Assembly (NCBI GenBank): GCA_023248915.1
Contig: JAHFDQ010000001.1
Location: forward strand, 1 to 44,769
From: Archangiaceae bacterium
GTDB taxonomy: Bacteria > Myxococcota > Myxococcia > Myxococcales > Myxococcaceae
Reading direction: 5' to 3'
Length of the DNA stretch: 44,769 nucleotides
The notes below the pieces were generated by a model. That model made no database searches and had not been told where the DNA came from. It worked only from the letters and a program-made list of their open reading frames with translations. This document shows, in pieces, positions 19,243-28,184 of this stretch. Position 1 is the stretch's first letter, and each line of letters starts with the position of its first letter. Both the position numbers and the translations under genes were made by a program.

Positions 19243-21151
19243 CCGGAAGGCCGTCGTGACGAATCTCTTGTTCATCGCGCTGCCCGCCCTGGCGGCGGCC
19301 CCCGCGGAAGAGTCCGCCGCGCTGAAGCGCACCGTCGACGTCGAGTCGGCCAACGTCCAGGCCGCTCCGGACGACACCGACGCGCTGTACCGGCTGGGGC
19401 TGGCGTACCTCGCGCTCGGCGACGCCAAGCGCGCGGTGGTTCCGCTGACCGACCTGGTGAAGAAAGACGCGGAAGCGGTCGACGCCAAGGTGCTGCTGGC
19501 GCGAGCCTTGCGGCTGTCGTCGGAAGGCGAGAAGGCGCGGGCGTTGCTGGACGCGGCGATTCTGTCCCTGCCCGACGACGCTTCGCTGCGCGCCGAGCGG
19601 GGCCTGCTCGCCCGCAGTATGAACGAGACCGACGTCGCCATCGACCAGTACGGCAAGGCGGTGCAGTTGTCGCCCCAGGACGCCGACCTGCGCTTCAACT
19701 ACGGCGAGGCGCTGCACAAGCGCGGCAAGACGGACGAGGCCATCGCCGCCTACCGCCAGGCGCTGCAGCTCAACGCCGGGCTGACCTCGGCCAAGGTGAA
19801 CCTGGGCAAGGCGCTGGCCGAGAAGGGGCTGTACGGCGAGGCCAAGGAAATTCTCACCCAGGCGTCGAAGGAAGACTTGAAGGACGCCGAGTCGCACTAC
19901 AACCTGGGCGTACTCTTGATGCGCGAGAGCAACGTCGGCGGCGCCATCGCCGAGTACCAGCGGGCGCTGGCGGTCGACCCCAAGCACGCGCTGGCCCACA
20001 ACAACCTGGGCGTGGCCTTCGACGCGAAGACGGACCACAAGGCGGCGGCCGAGGAGTTCAAGAAGGCCATCGCCACCGACTCGGGCTACGCCGAGGCGCA
20101 CTTCAACCTGGGGCTGTCGTACTTCGGCATGGGGAAGAATCTGCAAGCCACCCACGAGTTCGAGACCGCGCTGAAGCTCGAACCGCGCGCCTCGGGGCCC
20201 TACACCCAGCTCGGCACGCTGTACCTGCAGCAGGGCAAGAAGGACCGGGCGCTGGAAGCCTTCAAGAAGGCGGTGGCCGCGGTCGGCGACGACCGCATCA
20301 AGAACACCGACGCCTACCGCGGGCTGGCGCTGTCCTACCTGGCGCTGGGCCGGCCGAACGAAGCGGTCGAGACCTTGAAGACCGCGGTGAAGGCGCTGCC
20401 CGACGACGCGTCGTCGCACGCGGCGCTGGCGCAGGCCTACCTGGCGCTGGGCGACATGGACGCGGCGGTGGAAGAGCTGAAGCGCCGGCTGACGCTCGAA
20501 CCCGGCCCCGAGGCCAAGCTCGACCTGGCCAGGGCCTGGGCGAAAAAACGCGTCTCGAAGGAAGCGCTGCCCCTGTACTTGGAGCTGTTGAAGGACGACC
20601 CGAAGAGCCTTGCCGCGCGCAACGGCCTGGTCGACCTGTACATCGCGATGAGCCAGTGGCCGTCGGCCGAGCAGGTGCTGACCGACTGGTTGAAAGAAGA
20701 CCCCAACGACACCAACGCCAGCGCGAGGCTGGGCATCATCCACGCCCGAAAGGGGCGGCCCGACCTCGCCCTGCCGGCCTTAGAGGCGGTGGCGGAGAAG
20801 GACCCGACTCAGCTCGAGGCCCGGGCCGAGCTGGGCTTCCTCTACCTGCGCGGCGGCGACACCGACAAGGCGATGCGGGTGATTGGCGACGTGCTGGCCA
20901 CCGAGCCGCGGAACCCGCTGGCGCTGCACTACCTGGGCGTGGCGCTGTACCGGAAGGGCCAGGCGGCGAAGGCCGAGGAGTCGTTCAAGGCGGCGGCCCA
21001 GCTCGACCCGAAGTTCTCGGCGCCGCACTTCTCGCTGGGCGAGCTGTACGAGGCGCAGCAGAAGCTCGACGACGCGCGGCGCGAGTACGACGCGGCCGCG
21101 AAGCTCGGCCACCCCGAGGCGGCCGACGCGCTGAAGAAGCTCACCAAGTAG
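19232..21151 (+). CDS. Secreted multi-TPR protein (GltC/NfsC-like)
   Basis: 639 aa with an 11-nt overlap onto the upstream gene. The signal peptide is VVTNLLFIALPALAAAPA. At least 12 canonical TPR units follow (ALYRLGLAYLALGDAKRAV, AHNNLGVAFDAKTDHKAAAEEFKKAI, AHFNLGLSYFGMGKNLQATHEFETALKL and others). Confidence 0.75.
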   Translation: MSSSRKAVVTNLLFIALPALAAAPAEESAALKRTVDVESANVQAAPDDTDALYRLGLAYLALGDAKRAVVPLTDLVKKDAEAVDAKVLLARALRLSSEGEKARALLDAAILSLPDDASLRAERGLLARSMNETDVAIDQYGKAVQLSPQDADLRFNYGEALHKRGKTDEAIAAYRQALQLNAGLTSAKVNLGKALAEKGLYGEAKEILTQASKEDLKDAESHYNLGVLLMRESNVGGAIAEYQRALAVDPKHALAHNNLGVAFDAKTDHKAAAEEFKKAIATDSGYAEAHFNLGLSYFGMGKNLQATHEFETALKLEPRASGPYTQLGTLYLQQGKKDRALEAFKKAVAAVGDDRIKNTDAYRGLALSYLALGRPNEAVETLKTAVKALPDDASSHAALAQAYLALGDMDAAVEELKRRLTLEPGPEAKLDLARAWAKKRVSKEALPLYLELLKDDPKSLAARNGLVDLYIAMSQWPSAEQVLTDWLKEDPNDTNASARLGIIHARKGRPDLALPALEAVAEKDPTQLEARAELGFLYLRGGDTDKAMRVIGDVLATEPRNPLALHYLGVALYRKGQAAKAEESFKAAAQLDPKFSAPHFSLGELYEAQQKLDDARREYDAAAKLGHPEAADALKKLTK

Positions 21152-21170
21152 CCCCGGGGGGGGGCAACGC

Positions 21171-22208
21171 ATGGGCGGTAATGGGAGCTATCGGGGACTC
21201 AGCCGAACCGCGCTCGCCTTCGCCGCGGGGTTCGTTTCGGTCAGCCTCTCCCCCTCGACTGCAGCGGGCGCGACCCTGTTCTCGTGGAACGCCGACTCGG
21301 TCTCGCCGTCTTCCAGTTGCACGGCGCTCAACTCGGCGACCTTAGACGGTCTTGAACGCCACGACGGCACGAACTCGATGAAGGTGACCATACCGGGCAA
21401 CGCGCAAGGAGCCTTCGGCTGCCCGGGTGCGCCGCCCGTCTTGGTGGGTTCGGGCAGCGACGGAGGCTGGTTGTACTTCCGGTGGTGGATGAAGATGGGC
21501 TCCAATTTCACTTGGGGCGGAGGCAGCCCGAAAATGCAAGTCGGCGAGATGAAGCGCCAGGGCGACCTTACTCCAATAGCGTTCCAGCTCTGGATCGACC
21601 CGTTGAGGATTTACGTCGGTACGTGCAAGTGTCAGCAGGGCGACGCCGGTGTGCACGACGACCCGAGCGCGGCGGTCGTCTACTACGACTTCGATCCAAA
21701 ACCGAACCCGGCGGTCGCCAACTGGCAGGAGTACATCGTCGGGCTGAGGATGCAGAGCGGCGTGGATAAGTCCGACGGCGAGTTCCATCTCTGGGTGAAC
21801 GGGGTCCAGGAGGGCACCGGCGTCAAGGGAATGAGCTACTGCAATGCTGACGCTGGAAACTGCGTGGGTTGGGTTCAGGTTGCCGGCTCGATGATGGTCT
21901 CACCGTCCCCGCAGCTAGGCGGGGATGCCAGCAGCGGCGGCACGATCTGGCTCGACGACTTCTCGTTCGATGATGTTTGGAACTCGAGCATCAGTGCCGT
22001 CGATGGGGGAGAGGACGCCGGTCTCGATGCCGGGGCCGACTCGGGGCCACCCGACTCGGGAACGGCTGACTCCGGAACGCCCGACCCGGGAACGGCCGAC
22101 TACCCAGCCAACTCGAGCTACCGTGCTTTGTCCTGTGGCTGCTCACAGGCCGGTTCTGGCGTGGCGCTGCTGTTGGCCCTGCTGTTTCGGCTTCGGCGCA
22201 GGCGCTGA
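21171..22208 (+). CDS. Secreted protein with a concanavalin/polysaccharide-lyase-like beta-sandwich region and a MYXO-CTERM anchor
   Basis: 345 aa with an N-terminal signal peptide. The core (GGWLYFRWWMKMGSNFTWGG...EFHLWVNGVQEG...TIWLDDFSFDD) is reminiscent of lectin/lyase-type jelly rolls. A DAG/DSG linker repeat follows. The C-terminus is CGCSQAGSGVALLLALLFRLRRRR. The catalytic function is not established. Confidence 0.65.
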   Translation: MGGNGSYRGLSRTALAFAAGFVSVSLSPSTAAGATLFSWNADSVSPSSSCTALNSATLDGLERHDGTNSMKVTIPGNAQGAFGCPGAPPVLVGSGSDGGWLYFRWWMKMGSNFTWGGGSPKMQVGEMKRQGDLTPIAFQLWIDPLRIYVGTCKCQQGDAGVHDDPSAAVVYYDFDPKPNPAVANWQEYIVGLRMQSGVDKSDGEFHLWVNGVQEGTGVKGMSYCNADAGNCVGWVQVAGSMMVSPSPQLGGDASSGGTIWLDDFSFDDVWNSSISAVDGGEDAGLDAGADSGPPDSGTADSGTPDPGTADYPANSSYRALSCGCSQAGSGVALLLALLFRLRRRR

Positions 22209-22286
22209 CGAACATCGACCTGAGCGTCGCCTTCGCCCCATTCGGGCTCCGTCAGCCCCGGTGTTTCAGGACTCCGCCAAGCGAAC

Positions 22287-23243
22287 TCAGGTGGCGTGGC
22301 ACTGATCGACGTCGACGTTCGTGGTGAACGTCCCGCCGTCGGCACCCGTGCCGGAGACGGTGGCGGTTCCGCAGCCGGTCAGGTCAATCTTGAAGTTTCC
22401 GGTGCGGCTGCCGCTGTTCTGCCCCGTCAACGTGCCCGAGGTGGCGCAATTGCAGGTGGCCGACCACTGCAGGCTCTGGACGGAGAGCGTCGTCGTGTAG
22501 CTCGCCAGCTTGTGCTCGATCACCAGGGTGCCGCCGTCGACCGAGCGGCCCGCGCGCGTGGGCGGGGCTGAGCTGTAGCTGACCTGAAGTGGCGCGCTGG
22601 TGCTGGTCACGATGTCGAAGAGAAGCCCTCCGTCCGGCTTCATTCCCTTTCGCTCGATGCCCAGTCCGTCGAACGTGAAGGCGAGCGGGCCGGTGCGGGT
22701 CACCTTCTGGCCGCCCGCCGGCGACGTCGTCGGCGCGACGGTGACGGAATAGCCGTTCTTGCTGAGCTTGATGTTCGGGAGCCGAACGAAGTAGTCGCCG
22801 GTGTTGGGGATGGTGCAGTGAAAGGGACTGCTGGTGCTGAAGTCCAAGGCGACCGAACCGTCGACGGCAATTCCGCCGAGCGAGCAGTTGCTGAAGCTCA
22901 CCGACTTCCCATAGGTGGTCCCCGCGGGCCCCCCGGAGATCGCCGCGCACGAGTCCCAGGTCAGGGTGCAGCTCGCCGCCCACGCCGGTGACTCGACGAG
23001 GTCCAGGAACTGCTCCAGCTTCGTCCTCGGCCTGTCGAGAGGGGAAAGCATGGCGATTCCCGCCCCGCTGCCGCCCTCGTCCAGGCCGGACATCGTCTCG
23101 CCGGCGCTGTTCGCGGTCTCGGCGTTCTCGTCCACGGTGACGTCGGTGGTGCCACCATTGTGCCCGCCGCCACACCCGAACCCGAGTCCGAGTCCGGCCA
23201 GTGCGGCAACCCACATCCTCTTGCCTGCCATCGAATGAGCCAT
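22287..23243 (-). CDS. Hypothetical Cys-containing lipoprotein
   Basis: 318 aa with lipobox LAGLGLGFGC-GG. The mature part is Ser/Thr/Gly-rich and beta-rich with several paired Cys. I recognise no family. Confidence 0.6.
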   Translation of the reverse strand: MAHSMAGKRMWVAALAGLGLGFGCGGGHNGGTTDVTVDENAETANSAGETMSGLDEGGSGAGIAMLSPLDRPRTKLEQFLDLVESPAWAASCTLTWDSCAAISGGPAGTTYGKSVSFSNCSLGGIAVDGSVALDFSTSSPFHCTIPNTGDYFVRLPNIKLSKNGYSVTVAPTTSPAGGQKVTRTGPLAFTFDGLGIERKGMKPDGGLLFDIVTSTSAPLQVSYSSAPPTRAGRSVDGGTLVIEHKLASYTTTLSVQSLQWSATCNCATSGTLTGQNSGSRTGNFKIDLTGCGTATVSGTGADGGTFTTNVDVDQCHAT

Positions 23244-23428
23244 GCGATGCCTCCCCGAAATCGCGTTCGGGGCGGCAGCCTACCAAAGAAACGAAGAAAC
23301 GCGACGCCCGCTTGGAACGTCCACTGCCTTCCAATCGGCGTGCGGCCCCGTCGGGACGTCACGAGGTGCGCCTTCTCTTGCGACCGAATCTGTCAGTCGG
23401 TGTTGGCTGGGGCCGCGGCCAGCTTGCT

Positions 23429-24640
23429 TCAGCGCCTCTGCACGACCCGACGGCGGATTGCCGCCTTCGAGGAGAGGAACTTCGTCAGAGGAACCGCGCG
23501 CACCCGGTCCGCGAGGGAATACTCCTGGTCGCCCGCGTGAATGACGTCGAGCGAGTCGAGCTTCAGATCCGAAAGCGCGATGCGCATGGACGGCGTCAGC
23601 GTGGGGGCGCTGCTCAATTTCATCTCGAAGCCGAGGCGGCGACTGCCGCGAATGACGAGCAGGTCGAGCTCAGCGCCCTGGTGAGTGGCCCAGAAGTAGC
23701 AGTGCTCTGGCCGGGCCTCCAGGTGGTGCACCACCGTCTCGAGGCAGAGGCTCTCCCAGGAGGCCCCGGCGCGGGGGTGGCCCGCGAGCGTCCAGGCATC
23801 ACCGATGTCGAGCAGGGCGTGCAGAAGGCCCGTGTCTGCCAGATAGGCCTTCGGGGCCTTGACCTGCCGCTTCGAGAGATTCTCGTGCCAAGGAAGCAGC
23901 GTGCGAACCATGAAGGTCGCTTCCAGGGCGTCGAGGTATCCACGCACGGTCGTGTCCGCCACGCCCATCGAACGCCCCAGGTCGGACCAATTGAGGGTCT
24001 GCCCGTGCACGTGCGCCAGCATCGACCAGAAGCGGCGGAGGGTCGCAGCCGGCACTCCGATGCCGAGCTGGGCCACGTCGCGCTCGAGGAAGGTGGACAA
24101 GAATTCTCGGCGCCACTCGAGGCTGGCCTGGTCGCTTCGCGCGGTGAAAGACCGTGGGAAGCCGCCCCGCAGCCAGAGCTTCTCCAGCGCGCGAACACCG
24201 ACCTCGGCGAGTCCCAGCCCCGGGAGGTGATGAAATGCAATGCGGCCGGCGAGTGACTCCGACGTCTGGCGGAGCAGCGCGGGCGAGGCGCTGCCCAGCA
24301 CCAGGAAGCGCGGCCCCTTCGGGCGGTCCGCGAGCACGCGGAGGGTGGGAAACAGGTCGGGCCGTCGGTGCACCTCGTCGAGCACCACCAGCCCCTTGAG
24401 TGGCGCGAGGGCGCGCATCGGCTCGGCGAGGCGCGCGAGCTGGTCAGGGTTCTCGAGGTCGAACACCGTGGTCGGGCCCCGCCACGTCCCGCTGAGCTGG
24501 CGCGCCAGGGTGCTCTTCCCGACCTGTCGAGCGCCGACGATGGCCACCACGCGGAAGCGCCGCAGGAGGTCGGTCACCCGCCGCAGGTGGTAGGCCCGAT
24601 CGATCACCGCGCGAGATGTTACCATGAATATTCGGTTCAT
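23429..24640 (-). CDS. AAA-family ATPase with a DUF4143-type C-terminal domain
   Basis: 403 aa. The Walker A motif is VVAIVGARQVGKSTLARQL and Walker B-like is LVVLDEVH. The C-terminal part (KAYLADTGLLHALL...GASWESLCLETV) is typical of the DUF4143 ATPase family. Confidence 0.85.
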   Translation of the reverse strand: MNRIFMVTSRAVIDRAYHLRRVTDLLRRFRVVAIVGARQVGKSTLARQLSGTWRGPTTVFDLENPDQLARLAEPMRALAPLKGLVVLDEVHRRPDLFPTLRVLADRPKGPRFLVLGSASPALLRQTSESLAGRIAFHHLPGLGLAEVGVRALEKLWLRGGFPRSFTARSDQASLEWRREFLSTFLERDVAQLGIGVPAATLRRFWSMLAHVHGQTLNWSDLGRSMGVADTTVRGYLDALEATFMVRTLLPWHENLSKRQVKAPKAYLADTGLLHALLDIGDAWTLAGHPRAGASWESLCLETVVHHLEARPEHCYFWATHQGAELDLLVIRGSRRLGFEMKLSSAPTLTPSMRIALSDLKLDSLDVIHAGDQEYSLADRVRAVPLTKFLSSKAAIRRRVVQRR

Positions 24641-24656
24641 GAGACCGAATATTCAT
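24624..24656. promoter_or_regulatory. Perfect 13-bp inverted repeat ATGAATATTCGGT-N7-ACCGAATATTCAT spanning the ATPase start codon
   Basis: The arms lie at 24624-24636 and 24644-24656, in an AT-rich island within a GC-rich genome. The annotated ATG of the minus-strand ATPase (24638-24640) sits in the 7-nt spacer. Confidence 0.35.
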
Positions 24657-24752
24657 GTCACCGCGGCGAGGCCAAGCTCGGCGGGCCCAAGGGCCGCGGC
24701 CAAGGAGGCCCGTTCGCGCGGCGTCAGTTCCGTCGCCCCTCGGCGCCGCACG

Positions 24753-25757
24753 CTAGCGCGGCAGCAGCAACACTTTCCCTTCGGACATCGACTTCTCGTA
24801 CTCGGCGAGAGCGGCCGGGGCTTCGGCCAGTGCCAGCCGCGCCCGCACCGCCGTCGCCACCTCGCCGGACACCACCAGCGCCTGGGCGGCGAGGCCGAGC
24901 CGGATCTTTCCGAGCAGGCCGAGCGTACGGAGGTGCCCCACCAGCTCGAAGCCGCGCACGCGCTTGGCGCCGAAGCACAGCGCCATCGGGTCGATGCCGC
25001 CGCAAGGGTCGCCGCTCAGCGCGCCGTAGACGACGACCTCGCCACGGGGGCCGAGCGCCGCGGCGAGCTGGCCGGTCATCGCACCCGCGACGGCATCGAG
25101 GGCGACACTTGCGCCCTTTTCCCTGCACCGCGCGGCCAGTTGGGCGGAGAAACCGGCGTCGGCGGAGACCAGGACGTCCCGGGCGCCGAGCTTGCGCAGA
25201 GAGTCGGCCTGCGCCGCTCGGCGCACCACGTGGATGCCGGCGAGCCCGTGCCGCCGGGCGACGCTCCGAATCATCCGGCCGAGCTGGCCTGCGGCGGCGG
25301 TCTGCACGTACGCGCGGTGACCGCCACCTCGCATCAGCGCCACCAACGCGAGGGCGGTCATCGGGTTCGAAAGCGCGGTCGCCCCCTCGTCGAACGAGAG
25401 CGCGCTGCGCAACGGAATGCACTGGTTCGCGTCAGCGACGCAGTAGGTCGCCCAGGTGCCGGTGCAGCCGTGGCCTCCGCACGCGACCCGCCTACCCACC
25501 AACCAACGGGCGAGCAGCCCCCCGCCTGAGGCGACGACGACGCCGGCCCCCTCGAAGCCCGGCGTCGCCGGGAACGGGCGGGTGATGCCGTAGCGGCCGT
25601 CGAGGTAGAGCAGATCGGCCGGATTGCACGGGGCCGCACGCATCTCGACCAGCACCTGGCCGCGCCCGGGGCGCGGCACCGGCACCCGCGCGGCCCGAAG
25701 CCCGGCGAGGCCGCCGCCATCGGCGACGAGCGCGTCCATCTCGGCAGGCAGGAACAT
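24753..25757 (-). CDS. Zinc-type/MDR-superfamily NAD(P)H quinone oxidoreductase-like dehydrogenase
   Basis: 334 aa with GQVLVEMRAAPCNPADLLYLDGRYG...PATPGFEGAGVVV and a Rossmann segment with AAAGQLGRM. This matches the zeta-crystallin/enoyl-reductase-like MDR pattern. Confidence 0.8.
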   Translation of the reverse strand: MFLPAEMDALVADGGGLAGLRAARVPVPRPGRGQVLVEMRAAPCNPADLLYLDGRYGITRPFPATPGFEGAGVVVASGGGLLARWLVGRRVACGGHGCTGTWATYCVADANQCIPLRSALSFDEGATALSNPMTALALVALMRGGGHRAYVQTAAAGQLGRMIRSVARRHGLAGIHVVRRAAQADSLRKLGARDVLVSADAGFSAQLAARCREKGASVALDAVAGAMTGQLAAALGPRGEVVVYGALSGDPCGGIDPMALCFGAKRVRGFELVGHLRTLGLLGKIRLGLAAQALVVSGEVATAVRARLALAEAPAALAEYEKSMSEGKVLLLPR

Positions 25758-25881
25758 GTCTCCTTCTAGACCGCCTGACGCCTCGGCGCAGAGCGTCTTT
25801 TCCTCGAACGAACGCGGGCGTCCTCTCTAGCCACCGCGTGCCGCGCCCGCCAGCCGTGCTCGCATTGGCGAAGCGGAGTGA

Positions 25882-26520
25882 CTACTGAATGCGCCCCGAG
25901 GTCCGCGGGCCGCGCACCGGCCGGGTGCGGCGGGTCACCATGCGCACCGTACCGGTGAAGAGCTGCTCTTCGGTGTAGACGCGGCGGACGTGGGCATGCT
26001 CGGGAGGCAGCGCCGGCCCCGGCCGTTCCAGCCACTGCAGCATGCGCACCTCGCCGTCGTACGCGAGCTGGGCGTACAGCTCGGCGGGGCAGCGCTTCAG
26101 GTACTGGCGCACCAGCGGGCGCAGGCGCAGCGCGAACCGGTTGCCCAGCGTGGCGTGGCGCCGGGTGCGCGACAGCGTGCCGTCGAAGCGCCGCGACGCG
26201 TGGTACAGCTCGTGGAGAATGGTGGCGACCCGCGTCTCGGCCGTGCTGGCCCGGAAGAATAGCGGCCGAAGGGTGATGCAGTACAGCATGCGCCGGCCGT
26301 TGATGCGCACCACCGGCTTGTGGCGGCCCTGCCGGTCTCGGCTCTTCGCGCCGTCGAAGGCCAGGGGCTTCACCGTGCCCCGCGACGCGCGCCGGGCTTC
26401 GCCGGCGACCACCAGGATGCGCGCGGGGCGAACGTGCGCGAACTCGGGCATGGTCTTCGCCACGTCGCGAATCAACGCACGGACCACCTGGGTGAAGTTG
26501 GGGCGGACGCGGCGGACCAA
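25882..26520 (-). CDS. Putative zinc metallopeptidase-like protein (HExxH)
   Basis: 212 aa, with HELYH in VATILHELYHASRRFDG. The overall layout resembles the small 'putative metallopeptidase' families. The TTG start is uncertain. Confidence 0.5.
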   Translation of the reverse strand: MVRRVRPNFTQVVRALIRDVAKTMPEFAHVRPARILVVAGEARRASRGTVKPLAFDGAKSRDRQGRHKPVVRINGRRMLYCITLRPLFFRASTAETRVATILHELYHASRRFDGTLSRTRRHATLGNRFALRLRPLVRQYLKRCPAELYAQLAYDGEVRMLQWLERPGPALPPEHAHVRRVYTEEQLFTGTVRMVTRRTRPVRGPRTSGRIQ

Positions 26521-26574
26521 GTGGTGGACATCCTACCCAAAAGCGCTTGGGGGCCACGCGCCGATTGCCGCAAG

Positions 26575-27342
26575 ATGCTCGCCATGATGCGAGCCTTCCC
26601 CTTGGCGCCGGCCCTGGCGCTGTTGGCGGCCTGCGGGCCACCGCCCGTCAAGCCGCCGCCCGACGCCGGCCCCGACGTAAGCTGCGGCCTCGACTGCGCG
26701 GCTCAGCAACGCTACGGCCTGGTGGTCGGCCGCTGCTTCGAGTACTCGAGCACGCAAGCCGCCGCGAACCCGGCCAGCCTGGGCGTGAAGGTGCTGCCCG
26801 TCTTCACCCTCGAGGGCGGCGTGGACAGCCTCCCGTTCGAGTACAGCGAGGGAGGCCTGGTGAAGCTGACCGACTACTTCACCCTGGGACAGGGCGCCCT
26901 GGTGCTGGCGCGCCGCACCTTCTCACCCGGCCAGTCCGTCACCTACCGGGACGCCGCCAACGCCATCGCCGGAGTGGCCTGGCTGAAGGCCTCAACCGGC
27001 GCGGGCGAGAACTTCACCACCTCGACCAGCGCCGACGTGGTGGGCAGCGGGGCCCGCCACGCCGACGACACCACCTACCAGGTCACCACCGCCGCTCCCA
27101 CCGTGTCCGAGCAGACGATGCCCGCCGGCAGCTACCCCGACGCCTTCAAGTTGCTCTTCTCCGAGACGCCCGACCACGGCCGCGACCCGCGCCGCGTCTT
27201 CGTGCCGGGCACCGGCTTCATCCTCTTCTCGACGCCGTTCAACATCGTGGGCGGCACCGCGGCGGAGTACCGGCTACAGAAGGTGCGCGACATCGTTGCA
27301 TCCGATGCCGGCTCGGTCGAATGTGGCTTCGGTTCGCCGTGA
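26575..27342 (+). CDS. Hypothetical lipoprotein
   Basis: The ATG at 26575 gives MLAMMRAFPLAPALALLAAC-G (lipobox). 255 aa. I recognise no family. Confidence 0.6.
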   Translation: MLAMMRAFPLAPALALLAACGPPPVKPPPDAGPDVSCGLDCAAQQRYGLVVGRCFEYSSTQAAANPASLGVKVLPVFTLEGGVDSLPFEYSEGGLVKLTDYFTLGQGALVLARRTFSPGQSVTYRDAANAIAGVAWLKASTGAGENFTTSTSADVVGSGARHADDTTYQVTTAAPTVSEQTMPAGSYPDAFKLLFSETPDHGRDPRRVFVPGTGFILFSTPFNIVGGTAAEYRLQKVRDIVASDAGSVECGFGSP

Positions 27343-27353
27343 GGAGACCCCTT

Positions 27354-28184
27354 TTGAGACCTTTCCTTCGATGGACGTGGGCGCTCCTGGCGCTGGCAGG
27401 GTGCAAGACGGCGCCCGACGTGAAGCCGGCCGGGCCCGCGCCCGAGCTGGCGTCGCAAGAGCTGTTGATTGCCGAACAGGGGCTAAGCGACTTCCGGGTG
27501 CGGCTGGAAGGGAAGGTGAAGTCCACCGACGCCGCGAAAATTTCCCACGCGGCCTACGAGCTGGTGGTGGACGGCGCGGTGGTGAAGCACGGTGAGGTGC
27601 CGCTCTCGGTCGAGGTGCCGGCCGGGGGCACCGGCGCCTTCGAGCTCGAGCAGGCGTCCAACTACGCGGCCAACGCCGACGACCTGAAGGCACTGGTGGC
27701 CAAGGGCGGCTCGCTGCTGGCGGCGCTGCGCGGGAAGGTCACCGTCGAACGGGCCGGCCAACAGGCCAGCGTGCTGGACTTCGCCAAGTCGCGCGAGGTG
27801 CGCGTGCCGCGGCTGCCTCACGTCAAGCTGCACGAGCTCGACGCCGCCCGCTACGGCGCCGAAGAGGCCAACGCCACTTTCTACCTGGGGGTCGACAACC
27901 CCAACCCGTTCGCGGTGAAGATGACTGCCCTCGCCTACGAGGTGCTCATCAACGGCAAGCACGTCGCTGACGGCGTCCGGGGCACCGGCGAGAAGGTGGG
28001 CGCGGCGTCCACCGGCGTCTTCGAGGTCCAGGTGCCGGTGAACTTGGAAACTTACGGCCCCGACGTCGGGAAACTCATCAAGACGCTCACCCTGCCCTAC
28101 CGGGTGACGGGTTCGCTGAAGGGTGACCTGCTCGACGAGCCCTATGAGCTGAAGGGCGATATCAAGCTCAACGTGTCGAAGTAG
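27354..28184 (+). CDS. Lipoprotein with tandem LEA_2 / WHy (LEA14-like) domains
   Basis: A GAGGAG RBS (27341-27346) lies 7 nt before the TTG at 27354; an in-frame ATG at 27321 is the alternative start. The lipobox is WALLALAGC-K. The LEA_2 signature reads ANATFYLGVDNPNPFAVKMTALAYEVLINGKHVADG, with a second, weaker copy upstream. Confidence 0.7.
   Translation: MRPFLRWTWALLALAGCKTAPDVKPAGPAPELASQELLIAEQGLSDFRVRLEGKVKSTDAAKISHAAYELVVDGAVVKHGEVPLSVEVPAGGTGAFELEQASNYAANADDLKALVAKGGSLLAALRGKVTVERAGQQASVLDFAKSREVRVPRLPHVKLHELDAARYGAEEANATFYLGVDNPNPFAVKMTALAYEVLINGKHVADGVRGTGEKVGAASTGVFEVQVPVNLETYGPDVGKLIKTLTLPYRVTGSLKGDLLDEPYELKGDIKLNVSK

Noticed and set aside
18295-20743. Minus-strand ORFs 18295-19698 (467 aa) and 18956-20743 (595 aa)
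   Set aside because: They lie antisense to the lipoprotein and TPR genes, have low-complexity Ser/Arg/Ala or Arg/Gly/Leu/Val/Gln composition, and contain no motifs.
21156-21164. Nine-G homopolymer between the GltC-like stop and the next ATG, considered as a possible phase-variation tract
   Set aside because: It is intergenic and probably just serves as the purine-rich RBS, 6 nt upstream of the ATG at 21171. Length changes would not shift a reading frame. I have no evidence of variability from a single sequence.
23201-25585. Plus-strand ORFs 23201-24256 (351 aa), 24368-25585 (405 aa) and 24624-25529 (301 aa)
   Set aside because: They lie antisense to the AAA ATPase and the MDR oxidoreductase. 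They are extremely Arg/Pro/Gly/Ala-rich.
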